A stretch of 64,000 bases of DNA from an uncultured delta proteobacterium (GTDB lineage: Bacteria; Myxococcota; UBA727; VGSZ01), in assembly GCA_963775425.1 (NCBI GenBank), contig CAVZJB010000003.1, positions 64,001 to 128,000 of the forward strand, read 5' to 3'. This document shows positions 10,271 through 23,905 of the stretch, piece after piece (the stretch's first letter is position 1; the number at the start of each line of letters is the position of its first letter). The position numbers were made by a program, and so were the translations under genes. A model generated the notes under the pieces. It had not been told where the DNA came from. It worked only from the letters and a program-made list of their open reading frames with translations, and ran no database searches.

Positions 10271-10664
10271 CCACCGTCCCCTGGTGAAAGAGGATGCGCC
10301 ACGCGCCGTCCACGCGGCGCCACAGGCTGAAGCGTCGCGTGAGGCGCGCGGGCTCCTTCAGCGTCCAGGTGACGGCGAAGAGCTCGCCGCCGAGGGCGCG
10401 GCAGGAAAAGTCGCTCGCCTCGGCGTCGTCGTCGCTTTCGCGGGAGAGGCGGTCGACGAGGACGTCGACGGCGGCGTCGCGCCCGTAGCGCCTGCCGGAG
10501 GCGCCTATCTCGAAGAAGCCGTCGTCGATGCGCGCCTCGATGTCGGCGCGGGTGGCGGTGCCGGAGGCGCCGAGGAAGAACAGCTCGTGCGCGCGGAGCT
10601 CGTCGAGCACGCCGCGCAAGGCGGGCGCGGTGACGAGGTCGGGGGCGGTGTCGGCGTCGTCCAT
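10260..10664 (-). CDS. DUF4440 / NTF2-like protein
   Basis: FFEIGASGRRYGR, TRRFSLWRRVDGAWRILFHQGT. Confidence 0.85.
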   Translation of the reverse strand: MDDADTAPDLVTAPALRGVLDELRAHELFFLGASGTATRADIEARIDDGFFEIGASGRRYGRDAAVDVLVDRLSRESDDDAEASDFSCRALGGELFAVTWTLKEPARLTRRFSLWRRVDGAWRILFHQGTVVTT

Positions 10665-10667
10665 CGA

Positions 10668-11270
10668 TCAAGCTCCGTGGAGGCGCGCCTCGATGTGGGC
10701 GGCGAGGGCGTTGGCCTGCGCCTCGTTGTCGAGCGAGCGCACGAGCACGCCGTCGGCGCCGGCGCGGCTGCGCCACCACACCTGCCAGCGCTCGTTGCCG
10801 TCGCCGTCGCGCAGGACCCTGGCGTACACCTTGGCGACCCCGTCGGCGTCGATGGGGCCGGGCGTGCGCTCGGGCAGGGGGCCGACGCGGAGCGAGATGG
10901 CGCGGCCGGTGACGGTGAGGGTGGTTCGGTTCACGACGGCGCAGAGCGCGCGCCACGTGAAGGCGAGGCCGAGCGTGGCCCACACCGCGGCGCCGAACAC
11001 CGACATGCGGCCTTGCGCGAGCGCGGAGGCGACGAGCCCGTTGCACGCGATGACGGCGACGAGGCCGACGCCCGCGCGCACGCGATCGCGCGCCCACGAC
11101 AGCTCCAGGGCGTCGAAGCGGCGCTGCAGGCGGATGTGCTCGGGCAGCTCGAGCGACTCTTCGGCCAGCGCACTGACGGGGGCGCTCACGGGTGCGCCGA
11201 CGGGCGCGCCGACGGGTGCGCCGACGGGTTCGCCCGACGGAGCTTCCAGGCAGACGTCCCGCGCCGTCAT
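10668..11270 (-). CDS. Hypothetical membrane protein with N-terminal 12-bp (GAPV) repeat
   Basis: Two hydrophobic segments followed by a beta-rich soluble domain; stop lies 3 bp from the next start. Confidence 0.65.
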   Translation of the reverse strand: MTARDVCLEAPSGEPVGAPVGAPVGAPVSAPVSALAEESLELPEHIRLQRRFDALELSWARDRVRAGVGLVAVIACNGLVASALAQGRMSVFGAAVWATLGLAFTWRALCAVVNRTTLTVTGRAISLRVGPLPERTPGPIDADGVAKVYARVLRDGDGNERWQVWWRSRAGADGVLVRSLDNEAQANALAAHIEARLHGA

Positions 11271-11313
11271 GTCCCCATCTTACCGTCTGCGGCGCGCCTG
11301 CTAGACCGCGAGG

Positions 11314-11757
11314 ATGCGGACCGAGATCGACGAGGGACCCTCGGGCGCGGCGCCGGCGACGGAGCCCGCGGCGGCGCTCGCGCGGCCCCGGCGACACTTC
11401 GCGCACCTCGCGGACGTCGACGACGGCACGCTCCTCGCGCTCCGGCGCCGCAAGGTGCTCCCGCGACTGTTGAGCGTGCTCGCGATGGCGGTGGCCGCCA
11501 TCGCCATCCTTCGCGGCATGGACCCCGTGCCCGCGTGGGGGCTGCTGCTCCTGTACGTCGTGCCCGTCGGTGTGATCGTCGGCATGGACGCGGCGGGGCG
11601 CGCCCTGTGGCGCCGACGCGCGCGGGCGTACGGCCTGTCGCCGCCGGCGATGGCCGAGCTCTTCCGTTGCCTCCGGCGCGCGCCGGCGCGCATCCCGACG
11701 CCGAGCGCCGACGAGCTCTTGCTCGTCGTGCGGGCGCTCACTCCCCGAACGCCTTGA
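11314..11757 (+). CDS. Hypothetical membrane protein
   Basis: GAGG just before ATG; two hydrophobic segments. Confidence 0.55.
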   Translation: MRTEIDEGPSGAAPATEPAAALARPRRHFAHLADVDDGTLLALRRRKVLPRLLSVLAMAVAAIAILRGMDPVPAWGLLLLYVVPVGVIVGMDAAGRALWRRRARAYGLSPPAMAELFRCLRRAPARIPTPSADELLLVVRALTPRTP

Positions 11758-11840
11758 GCACCCCGTGAGCGCGACGGCTCCGCGGCCGTGTGGCGGTGGG
11801 GCCTTGGTGCCGACGACGACGCGCGCCCGTCAATCGCGCA

Positions 11841-14165
11841 TCAGTGCAGCGTGGTGCGCACGGCGACGAACGAGCGACCGCCCGCGCGCGACGGCGTCAC
11901 CCCCGCCGGCCAGCGCGGGGCGAACGCCGGCGGCACGCCGTCGGAGACGTCGACGACGGTGAGGTCGGGCGCGCCTTCGCCTTCGACGTCGATGTCGATG
12001 TCGGCGGAGCCTTCGCCGAGGATGCGCACCCCGCACGGCGCCGCGGTGGCGCGCGCGCAGGGCGGCGCGTCGCGTCCGTCGAGGTGGAACGCGCGAGGCC
12101 GCGCTCCCGCCCGCGGGTGCACCACCACCCGCAGGTCGCGCGCGCCGCGCATCGACTGCACCGACACGCGCCACGTCTTCCCCCACGGGCGCGGCTTGAC
12201 GTCGAGCGTGGACACCAGCGGCGCCGCGAGCGCCTGCGGCGCGACGCTGACCGCCAGCACCGGCCGGCCGTCGACGGGGAAGACGTCGTCGAGGACGCGG
12301 CCGGCGGCGCGCGGCCCGAGGCGCGCGGTCACGGTGCTCGCCGGCGGCTCGTCCACGGTGAACAGGTGCGCGTCCTCGCGCGACTGCGCGTACGACAGCG
12401 ACACCGGCCGCGGGTGCCCGACGTCGAACGCGCCGCGGCGGCCGGCCGTGGCCAGGAGCGCGACGGCGGCGACGGCGCCGGCGACGAGGACGAGCACGCT
12501 CACGACCGACGAGGTGCGCGCGGCGAGCGGCGCCAGGGCCGCCGCGGCCAGCGCGCACAGGAGCGCCCCGAAGGCCACCGCCAGCGTTTCGTCGACGTCA
12601 CCGGCGGTGATGGCGAGGACGGCCATCCCTTGCGCGCACACGAAGACCCCGGCGGCTCCGAGCAAGAGAGGGAAGGCACCGAAGCGACCGCTGAGCGCCG
12701 CGAGCACGGCCGCGGCGATCACCGGCAGCGCGAAGAGCGCGGCCACCGCGCCGAGCTGCGGCTCCACCGCGGCGCCCACGACGGCGGCGGCGGCCCACCA
12801 CAGGGACGCGCCCGCGGCGAACGCGGCGCTGCGCCCGCGGCCGAGCGCCTGCGCGACGACGAGCGCGCACGCGAAGCCCACCGACGCGGCGCTCGCGGTG
12901 ACGAGGGGCGCCTGCGCCGAAGCGGCGCTGCCGAGGAACGCGGCCGCGAGCGCGAGGACGCCGCCGAAGAGCACGAGCGCGACACCGCCGGAGAGCGCCA
13001 CGGCGAGCGCGCCGAGCACGAGGTCCCTGAAGCGCAGGAACGATCCTGCCGCGACGACGATGACGGCGAGCGCGGCGACGCCGACGAGCGCGCCGACGCC
13101 GCTCCCCCACGGCAGCGCGACGGCGCCGGCGCGCGGGACGTGGAGCGTGACGCTGTCGTGCTCGGCGTGCACGACGTCCGGCGCCGTGGAGGCCGCCGCG
13201 CGCGCCACCGACATCACCGCGGTGACCGCGCCGGGCAGGGCGTCGAGGTCGGCGTGGGGGATGTCGTCGCACGCCTGGTGGTAGCAGCGCCGGCCGCCGA
13301 GGAAGCCGAGGCTGAGCCCGGCGGCGCTCGGCCGCTTCGGCGCCGGGGACGCCGCGGCCGCCGGCGGCTCGGTGAACGCGAGCAGCTCCGTGCGCACGTC
13401 GGTGGAAAGGAAGGCGCGGGCGAAGCCGTCGACGAGCGAGCTCACGAACGTGGCGGGCGCGCCGCGGGCGAGGGCGCCGACGACGAAGGCGTTGCCGGGC
13501 CGGGTCTCGTAGACGCCCACCGGCCCCTGGGTGCCCCCGGAGTCGACGTTGACGACGACGTCGGCGGGCCGCCCGTCGAACAGCGCGGCGCCGCAGGTGA
13601 CGCACACCTCCTCCTGGCCGGTGATGACGACGACGAGGTCCCCGTCCCAGCGTTCGCCGCGCGCAGCCTCGCGCAGGACCTCGAGGGCGACGGCGACGCC
13701 GAACGCGTCGTCGCCGGCGCCGGGGGCGCGGGCGACGGAGTCTGCGTGGGCGACGACGGCGACGCGGCCGCCGCGCTCGGGGTGCGCCCCGGGCAGGACG
13801 CCGACGACGTCTTCGGCGACGACGAAGCCGCCGGGCGCGGGGACGGTGCCGCGCGGCCGGCTGACCTTCACGGCGGCGCCGGCGGCGCGCATCTCCGCCT
13901 CGACGACGTCGAGCGCCCGCTCGCGCTCCGGCCCGGTGACGGGCCGCGGAAACGCGAGCGCGTGCACGGTGCCGCGGGCGCGCGCGGCGTCGACGCCTGC
14001 GTCTCCGGCGGTGTCTCCGGCGGTGACGGTGTCGAGGAGGACGTCGCCTGCGCCGGCGGCGGCCACGACGAGCCCGAGCGCGACGCCGAGCGCGGCCACG
14101 GCGCGCGCGACCCACGGCTCGGGGCGCCGCGTCGCCAGCGACAGGGAGGAGACCTCGTCCGTCAT
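11841..14165 (-). CDS. M28 family metallopeptidase with multi-pass membrane domain
   Basis: VAHADSV..PGAGDD..LE, GQEE, NVDSGG, YHQACDD, followed by about 8-9 TM segments. Confidence 0.85.
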   Translation of the reverse strand: MTDEVSSLSLATRRPEPWVARAVAALGVALGLVVAAAGAGDVLLDTVTAGDTAGDAGVDAARARGTVHALAFPRPVTGPERERALDVVEAEMRAAGAAVKVSRPRGTVPAPGGFVVAEDVVGVLPGAHPERGGRVAVVAHADSVARAPGAGDDAFGVAVALEVLREAARGERWDGDLVVVITGQEEVCVTCGAALFDGRPADVVVNVDSGGTQGPVGVYETRPGNAFVVGALARGAPATFVSSLVDGFARAFLSTDVRTELLAFTEPPAAAASPAPKRPSAAGLSLGFLGGRRCYHQACDDIPHADLDALPGAVTAVMSVARAAASTAPDVVHAEHDSVTLHVPRAGAVALPWGSGVGALVGVAALAVIVVAAGSFLRFRDLVLGALAVALSGGVALVLFGGVLALAAAFLGSAASAQAPLVTASAASVGFACALVVAQALGRGRSAAFAAGASLWWAAAAVVGAAVEPQLGAVAALFALPVIAAAVLAALSGRFGAFPLLLGAAGVFVCAQGMAVLAITAGDVDETLAVAFGALLCALAAAALAPLAARTSSVVSVLVLVAGAVAAVALLATAGRRGAFDVGHPRPVSLSYAQSREDAHLFTVDEPPASTVTARLGPRAAGRVLDDVFPVDGRPVLAVSVAPQALAAPLVSTLDVKPRPWGKTWRVSVQSMRGARDLRVVVHPRAGARPRAFHLDGRDAPPCARATAAPCGVRILGEGSADIDIDVEGEGAPDLTVVDVSDGVPPAFAPRWPAGVTPSRAGGRSFVAVRTTLH

Positions 14166-14245
14166 CGTTGGGTCCGGATGCTACCCGGCGCCGCCGGCGC
14201 TGTGTCGGCGGTGTCTGACGACGTCGTTTCCGCCGCGCCGGTGTC

Positions 14246-15058
14246 TTACGGCTTGATCATCTGTAGGACGGGGCGCTTCTTGGCCTTGGCGTCGAACTTC
14301 AGCATGGCGTGCTGCGCGTCCTTCTCCGAGGCCTCGCCCTTGCCCTTGCCGGCGAGGCAGTCGACGAAGTTGGGGTCGGAGTCGCCGTCGTCGCCGCCGC
14401 CGAAGCAATCCTTGCCCTCGTACTCGTTGACGATGCGGGCGAGGATGCCGTTGTTGGGCGTGTTGTCGTAGCCCTCGTTGGACGCGACGAGCACCTGGAT
14501 GCCCTTGATGGCGCCGACGTCGGACTTCTTCACGAGCGCGGTCACCTTCTTCCCCCTGGCGCTCACCTTGCTCGGCAGCACGATCTTGCCCTTGAGCCCC
14601 TTGGCCTTCTGGTCGATGCGACTCGTGATCTCCTTGTTCGCCTGAGGCGACACGATGATCACCTTCTCCCAGCCGTCGGCGAAGGTGGCGTTCATCCCGG
14701 GGAGCGCGTTGGTCTCACCGCCGGGGGCGTTGTCGACGTAGATCTGGAACATCTGCAGCGAGAAGCCGTTGCCGGGCGTAGGCCAGCTCGCGCTCTTCCA
14801 CGGGTCCTCGAACGGCGCCGCGATCTCGAGGGAGATCTCGTACTCGCTGCCCTTGTCTTTGATCTTCACCTCGGTGAGGTCGAAGCTGCCTTTCTTGTAG
14901 ACCGCGCCCGTCGGGTACTTGTACGTGCCCGGACCGTCGTCGTCCCCCTTGGGGTCCTTGAGCGAGATGGTGCCCGCGAACGCAGGCAGAGCGGCGAAGA
15001 GCGCGACGAGAGCGATGGGCGACCGGAGGGAGCGGCCGCGCTTGATGAGGTGCTTCAT
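14246..15058 (-). CDS. Secreted glucodextranase DOMON-like domain protein
   Basis: Signal peptide (LPAFA), DPKGDDDGPGTYKYPT..GSFDL, NGFSLQMFQIYVD, LPGMNATF..W, GGGDD..DPNFVD. Confidence 0.85.
   Translation of the reverse strand: MKHLIKRGRSLRSPIALVALFAALPAFAGTISLKDPKGDDDGPGTYKYPTGAVYKKGSFDLTEVKIKDKGSEYEISLEIAAPFEDPWKSASWPTPGNGFSLQMFQIYVDNAPGGETNALPGMNATFADGWEKVIIVSPQANKEITSRIDQKAKGLKGKIVLPSKVSARGKKVTALVKKSDVGAIKGIQVLVASNEGYDNTPNNGILARIVNEYEGKDCFGGGDDGDSDPNFVDCLAGKGKGEASEKDAQHAMLKFDAKAKKRPVLQMIKP
15019..15046 (-). repeat. 28-bp dispersed repeat ATCAAGCGCGGCCGCTCCCTCCGGTCGC, copy 1
   Basis: Identical to 19181-19208; a degenerate copy lies at 60249-60281. Confidence 0.9.
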
Positions 15059-15153
15059 GCGCGCCGGCTACGCCAGCGCGCTTGTTCGATCAACGTCCCT
15101 TCGCGTCGACGCCGTGCGTCGGTCCGCCCGCGCGGCGTCGTGCCCCTCGGCGC

Positions 15154-15900
15154 TCAGAGCTTGATGCCGAAGGGGTCGCCGGAGACGCCGCCGGTGCCGC
15201 CGTCGAGCGGGAAGGTGGGCGGCTGCGGCTTCACGACGCGCGCGTACTCGGCGATGGCGGCGCCCATGATGGCCTGCGCGAGCGGGACGGTGACGAACAG
15301 GCCGAGGTAGCAGGCGAGCACGCCCATCTGCGCGATGAGGCCGGCGACGAAGCCCGCGACGAGGAGCAAGAGGTACTGCACGCCGCCCTGGCGCATCACG
15401 CCCCAGATGCGCTTGAACTGGACGGACGCCCAGGCTTCGCCCTCCACGACATGGAGGAAGGTGATCGCCGGCCCCACGACGAGGGAGGCGAGCGAGATGC
15501 CGATGATGCCGAGGTAGAAGGCGGCGATGATGATCACCACGATGTCCTCGCTGGCGCCGTGCCCGCCGAAGGAGACCGCCACGCCCGCGGCGCCGCAGGC
15601 GAAGCCGAGCGCGAGGAACGCGAGGGCGAACAGCGGCAGGTACGCGAGGAACAGCCGCCAGCCGGCGCCGATGTAGTCGAGGCTGGCCTCGGGCAACGTG
15701 TCGGCGTCGTCGCCGCCCGCGATGCGGCGATCGGCGATGGCCTTCATCCAGCCGGAGAGGTTGAACGACCCCACGATGGGGATGAGGAGCATGAGCCCCA
15801 TGACGGCGCACTTGCCGAGCCACCTCTTGTCCTTGAACGGGGCGCCGATGGCGCGGCCAAGATCGAGCTCGGGGCGGGTCGTGGTTTGCGTGGTCGACAT
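15154..15900 (-). CDS. DUF4013 family membrane protein
   Basis: DLGRAIGAPFKDKRWLGK..LIPIVG..GW..LPE pattern with about 5 TM segments. Confidence 0.8.
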   Translation of the reverse strand: MSTTQTTTRPELDLGRAIGAPFKDKRWLGKCAVMGLMLLIPIVGSFNLSGWMKAIADRRIAGGDDADTLPEASLDYIGAGWRLFLAYLPLFALAFLALGFACGAAGVAVSFGGHGASEDIVVIIIAAFYLGIIGISLASLVVGPAITFLHVVEGEAWASVQFKRIWGVMRQGGVQYLLLLVAGFVAGLIAQMGVLACYLGLFVTVPLAQAIMGAAIAEYARVVKPQPPTFPLDGGTGGVSGDPFGIKL

Positions 15901-15942
15901 GCCGCGCACGGTATGGGGCGCGCATCCGACGTTCAACCGACG

Positions 15943-15965
15943 CGGATGTGTTTCCGTCACATCCG
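15943..15965. promoter_or_regulatory. Inverted repeat CGGATGTG-N7-CACATCCG in a divergent intergenic region (candidate operator)
   Basis: Perfect 8-bp arms about 66 bp upstream of the amylase operon start. Confidence 0.45.
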
Positions 15966-16031
15966 AGCAGTTTCGACGGTTTCTTCGCCTTCGGCCCTTG
16001 CGCCGACGCACACCGCTGACACGCTGGCGCC

Positions 16032-19087
<3,056 letters not shown>

Positions 19088-19091
<4 letters not shown>

Positions 19092-19651
19092 CCACAGCGA
19101 GCACGCGTCGCCGTTCGCCCACGGCTCACGGTGGGGCGCCCCTCCGGAGCGCGCGCGGCGGGCGCGCAGGGCCGCGCCCGATCAAGCGCGGCCGCTCCCT
19201 CCGGTCGCTGATCACCGCGCCGCACCGAGGGCGCATCGTGGCGCTCGCGGCGCTGCTCGCCGCCGGCGCCTGCGAGTGCGGGACCCCGCCGCCGCCGCCG
19301 CCGTCGGGGGCCGTCGGACAGATCACCGCCGCGCCCGTGGACGGCGGCTTCGAGCTGCGGCTCGAGAACATGACGCAGTCGGTGCGCGCGCTCCAGGTCG
19401 ACGTCAAGCTCGAGGGCGCGCACGCCACCGCGGCCGTCGCCGCCCAGGGCAGCGACCTGGTGGAGGCCGCCCTCGGCGACCCCAAGGACGACTTCACCGT
19501 CGTCGCCGGCGACACCCGGCGGCTGAACCTGCCCACCGGCGCCGTCGTCCGTGTCACCACGGACGCGGCCCCTTCGAAGATCAGCCTCTCGCACGCCGTC
19601 GCCGTCGACGACAGCGGCGCGCGACGGGACGTCACTGTGGTGGTTCCATGA
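19088..19651 (+). CDS. Small lipoprotein with a cohesin-like beta-sandwich domain
   Basis: ATGA-coupled at both ends; LLAAGAC lipobox-like, poly-Pro linker, then FELRLEN..VRALQVDVKL..FTVVAGD..TGAVVRVTT..ISLSHAVAVDDSG. The cohesin call is pattern-based. Confidence 0.7.
19180..19213 (+). repeat. 28-bp dispersed repeat, copy 2, flanked by GATC
   Basis: GATCAAGCGCGGCCGCTCCCTCCGGTCGCTGATC; the core is identical to 15019-15046 on the minus strand. Confidence 0.9.
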
Positions 19652-22600
19652 ACATAGAATCGTCGCTCCAGCGCGGCTCCGCGCGGGCCCTCGGGCCGGT
19701 GGCGCTCGCGGCGGTCGCCTCGGCGTTCGCGTCGGTGGCGTGCATCGGCGACTTCATCGCCACGCCCCCGCCGCAGGTGGAGATCAAGGGGCGCGTCGAC
19801 GACGTCCCCGACGCGCTCCGCTCCCGCATCGGCGGCAGCACGCTGCGCGCGCAGGCCGTCTCCGTCGACGGCGCCGTCCTCGCCGAGGCAGACACCCACC
19901 TCGGCGACACGTTCTCGCTCAAGCTCGGCCCGGGCCAGTCGCAGTTCAACGTGCGCGTCGTGGTCGCCGCCGGCAGCGTCGTCTTCAAGGACTTCGTGCC
20001 CGAGGCCCCCGCGGGCAGCGTCGTCGACCTCGAGCAGGCGCACGGCAAGATGGGCGTAGCCTCCACCGCGGCCGCCCAGGTGGTCGAGCGCTACGCCGTG
20101 CGCGAGCGCGCGAGCCTCAGCTCCACGCCGCCGGGCACCCTCGATCAGGTGCTCGCCCTCGCCCGCGGCAACGACGACCGCGTCAGCGCCTTCCGCGACC
20201 TCGTCGGCAACGTCGCCGCCGTCATGGATCCGCAGGCGGCGGCGCCGGCGCTCGAATCCCACGTCGTCGGACGCCGACGGCGACGCACTCGCTTTGGCAG
20301 GTGTGGAGGCGTCGGAGTATTCCGCGGCCCTCGAGGCGGCCGTGGACGCCTCGCTCGTCCCCATCGTCTGCGACCCGAGCCAGATCCTCGTCATGTTCGC
20401 GGTGGACGCCAGCGGCCAGGCCAAGGACGGAAACGGCGCGCCGCAGTTCATCCGGCAGGCCCCCAAGGAGGGCAAGGTCTTCCTCGGCATCACCCTCGAC
20501 CCGTCCTCGCCGGTGCCCGACTCCGCGGGGGCGCTCCGCCCGCGGCTCACGCCCAACGACCCCGCGACCGAGATGTTCGACGACGGCACCAACGGCGACG
20601 AGGTCGCCGGCGACGGCATCTTCACGCGCACCCTCGCGCTCCCCCGCGGCATGCGCGTCCTGTACAAGTACACCGACGGCTCGCCCAACGAGGGCTTCAC
20701 CGGCACCGAGGAGTGGCCCGGCAACGCGCGCATCCTCGTCGTCGACGACGTGCTCACGAATTCCGAGAGCGGGCAGCCCGACTGCCTCGTGGTCCGCCGC
20801 GACACCTTCGGCGACGAGTCCAGCAACAAGAACTTCGTGAACCTCAACGCCCGCCTCGGCGGCGGCGACCTCGGCTACGACGACGACCTCGGCGGCCCCG
20901 CCGTCGCCCTCCCCGACGACGACACGCTGCTCGCCAACGGCGGCCTCGCGCTCGGCGACGAGCAGACCGTCGCGCCGCTCACGCCCGACGGCGTCCCCGA
21001 GGCCCGCGAAAACGGCATCTGCACCACGTGCCCCGCGCCCCTCACCGTGAGCGCGGACGACGAGGAGCCGCCGCGCCTGGTGTCCGCCTCGTTCCTGTCC
21101 ACCGAGGAGACGCGCGTGGTGTTCTCCGAGGACGTCGATGTCCAGAGCGCGGGCGTCCCCGCCAACTACCTCCTCGTCGACGACAAGAACCGCCCCGTGG
21201 AGATCACGAGCGCGCGCGTGGTGGGCTCCGAGGTGGTGCTCAGCCACGCCCGCGTCAATCCGCGCTCGCCCCACACCGTGGCCGTGAAGGGCGTGAAGGA
21301 CGCGTCCTTGAACCAGAACGAGATCAAGACCGGCGCGCGCATCTTCGTCGGGCCAGACCTCACGCCGCCCACCATCACCGGCATCGAGCCCGGCAGCATC
21401 GTCGACGTCAACCCGTCGGCGCGCCCGGGCAACCCCGACACCGGCGAGGTGGTCATCGTGCACTTCTCCGAGGAGCTCGACACCATCAGCGCCGAAAACG
21501 CCGCCAACTGGAGCGTGGACGGCCTCGACGTCCTCGCGGCCTTCAAGCGCGGCCGCGACGTCCTCGTCGTCACCAGCCAGCAGGACAAGGGCGCCCCCTA
21601 CGACCTGAGCGTCGGCCTGGTCTTCGACATCGCCGGCAACGTCGCCGCCGTCGACGGGCCGCAGGCCTTCCGCGGCCTGGCGCTGTCCAAGGTCACCTTC
21701 AAGGCGGTCGTCGATTACGCCTGGCGCTCCGTCGACGGCAGCGACCGCGGCCTCCCGCCCGGCGAGGGGCTGTGGCTCACGGGCACCGTGGTGCTCGCCG
21801 CCCGCGGCGTCGACGGCGCCGATCTGCGCGTGCATGGACGCAGCGACGTCGCCGGCCTCCCCGGCTTCGAGCTCGTGCCCACCGACGAGACGGTGCCCGG
21901 CCCGGACGGCACCCCCGCCGCCACCGTCTACGCCGTCACCGTTCGGCTGCCCGCGGGCACGTACGCGTACAAGCTCGCGCACGGCACGGCGACGTCGTCG
22001 GACAACCCGCCCACCACGCTCGAGACCGTCACCAAGAGCCTCGCCACGCGAAACGACCTCGGCGGCGTCGTCGTGGACCCGCGCAACATGCTCGGCGCCG
22101 ACGGCCAGAGCTACGCGGGCGCGCGCCTGAGCCTGAACGGGCAGGACCTCCCGGGCCCGGGCGTGCTCTTCAAGCGCGAAAACCCCGACAACATCGTCGT
22201 CGTCGGCGACGGCGACAAGGACCTGGCCCCCGACATCGTCGGCACCTGGCGCGACGTGCCCTTCGGCTCCGGCACCGACTACGACGACGGCCTCGTCGAG
22301 CTGCCGCTGCTGCAGGCGGGCGTGGACGACACGCAGCCGCCGCGGCTCCTGGGGGCGCGGGCGCGCGACAGCGAGAGCGTGCTGCTCTCGTTCGACGAGG
22401 CGGTGTTCGCGCCGTCGTCGCCCATCGTGAACGTCAGCGCCGACGGCGAGGACCTGCCCATCGCGGACGTGCTGCTCGGCCAGCCGCTGGTGAACCAGAT
22501 CGTGGTGCAGACGGGCGCCATGGCGAACGACACGGCGTACTCGCTGCTCATCGGCGGCATCGCCGACATCCACGGGAACCTCCTGTCGCAGCCGGTGACG

Positions 22601-23905
22601 GCGGGCTTCACGAGCCCGTCGCAGTTCGTGCCCTTCACGCCCATCGTCGACGACGTGCCGCCGGCGGTGGTGAGCGTGCGGCCGACGAGCCCCACGGAGG
22701 TCGAGGTCACGTTCTCCGAGCGCGTCGCCGACGGCGCCGGCGCCGCGTCCCACTACGCCATCGAAAACGCCGGCGGCGCCGCGCCCACCATCACCGCCGC
22801 GCGGCTGGCGTCGGGCAACGTGAGGGCCATCCTGACCACGTCGGCGCAGGAGCGGCAGGCGCCGTACTCGCTCACGGTCACCGGCGTCGACGACGTCGCG
22901 GGCAACACGCTCGACAGCGCCACGGTGGCGTTCCCCGGCTTCGGCGACTTCAACCCGCCCACCATCACGCGGGTGCAGCCGTTGTCGGCCACGCGCGTGG
23001 CGCTCGTCTGGGACAAGCCGCTCACGGCGGACTCGGCCACCCGCCTCACCAACTACGACGTGAGCGAGGTGGGCGTGTCGTCGGTGACGTTCGGCGCGTC
23101 CGACACGCTGCGAAACGCCGCGTTCAACGCGACGTACGCGCCGCTGTCGGCCGACGTCGTGATCCTGACGACGTCGTCGCCGATGACCGGCGGCGGCACG
23201 TACACGGTGACGGCCCAGGGCGTGCAGGACCTCTCGAGCAACGAGAGCCTGGAGACAAAGACGTTCACGGCGGTGTCCACGCCGCCGCTCGTCGACGTCA
23301 TCCTCACCTACGAGATCTCGGACACCGCGGGCGTGGTCGGCGTCGGCCCGGGCGGCTCCGCGGGCGTGCCCTCGCGGGCCATCGGGCCGGCCACCCTGTC
23401 GCAGCAGCGGGAGGGGGTGTTCGTCGTGGGGACCGCGTTGAACGACGCCGGCTCGGCGCCGATCACCAACCACCCGTTCACGGCGGCGCTCGGCGGCTTC
23501 CCGGCCGAGGGCGCGCCCCTCGACGGCGCGGAGCCGCAGTTGCACGACGACGGGCAGGACGGCGACGCCGTCGCCGGTGACCACATCTTCTCCATGAAGA
23601 TCACCGGCGTGCCGCTCGGCTCCACGCTGTCGTGGAAGGCCTTCGCCTCGTTCACGACGGCGTTCGCGGCGCAAAACCCGAGCTTCCCCGGGGCGGCCTT
23701 CGCCGACTCCACGCCCGGGCCCTCGGTGTTCGGCGACGGCCAGGAGTTCCCCGGCAACGACGACGCCGTGCTGCTGGTCGCCGACGCCGACGGCGACGGC
23801 AAGATCGTCATCGACAACCTCTTCGGCGACGAGATCACCTTCAAGCGCAAGACGGGGTTCCCGGCCTTCCACATGGCCATCGACCACGCCCGGAGGATCC
23901 AATGA
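19648..23905 (+). CDS. Large surface lipoprotein (about 1418 aa if joined) with Ig-like (SbsA/Big_5-type) repeats, two choice-of-anchor-X-like motifs and CBM-like modules; +1 frameshift at about 20254-20260
   Basis: ATG 19648 couples to the previous stop, FASVAC lipobox-like. Coding quality switches frame at CTCGAATCCCACG into ORF 20294-23905. Motifs MFDDGTNGDEVAGDGIFT and LHDDGQDGDAVAGDHIFS; repeated PP.(L/V/I)....V.FSE..D..GN units. Confidence 0.85.
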
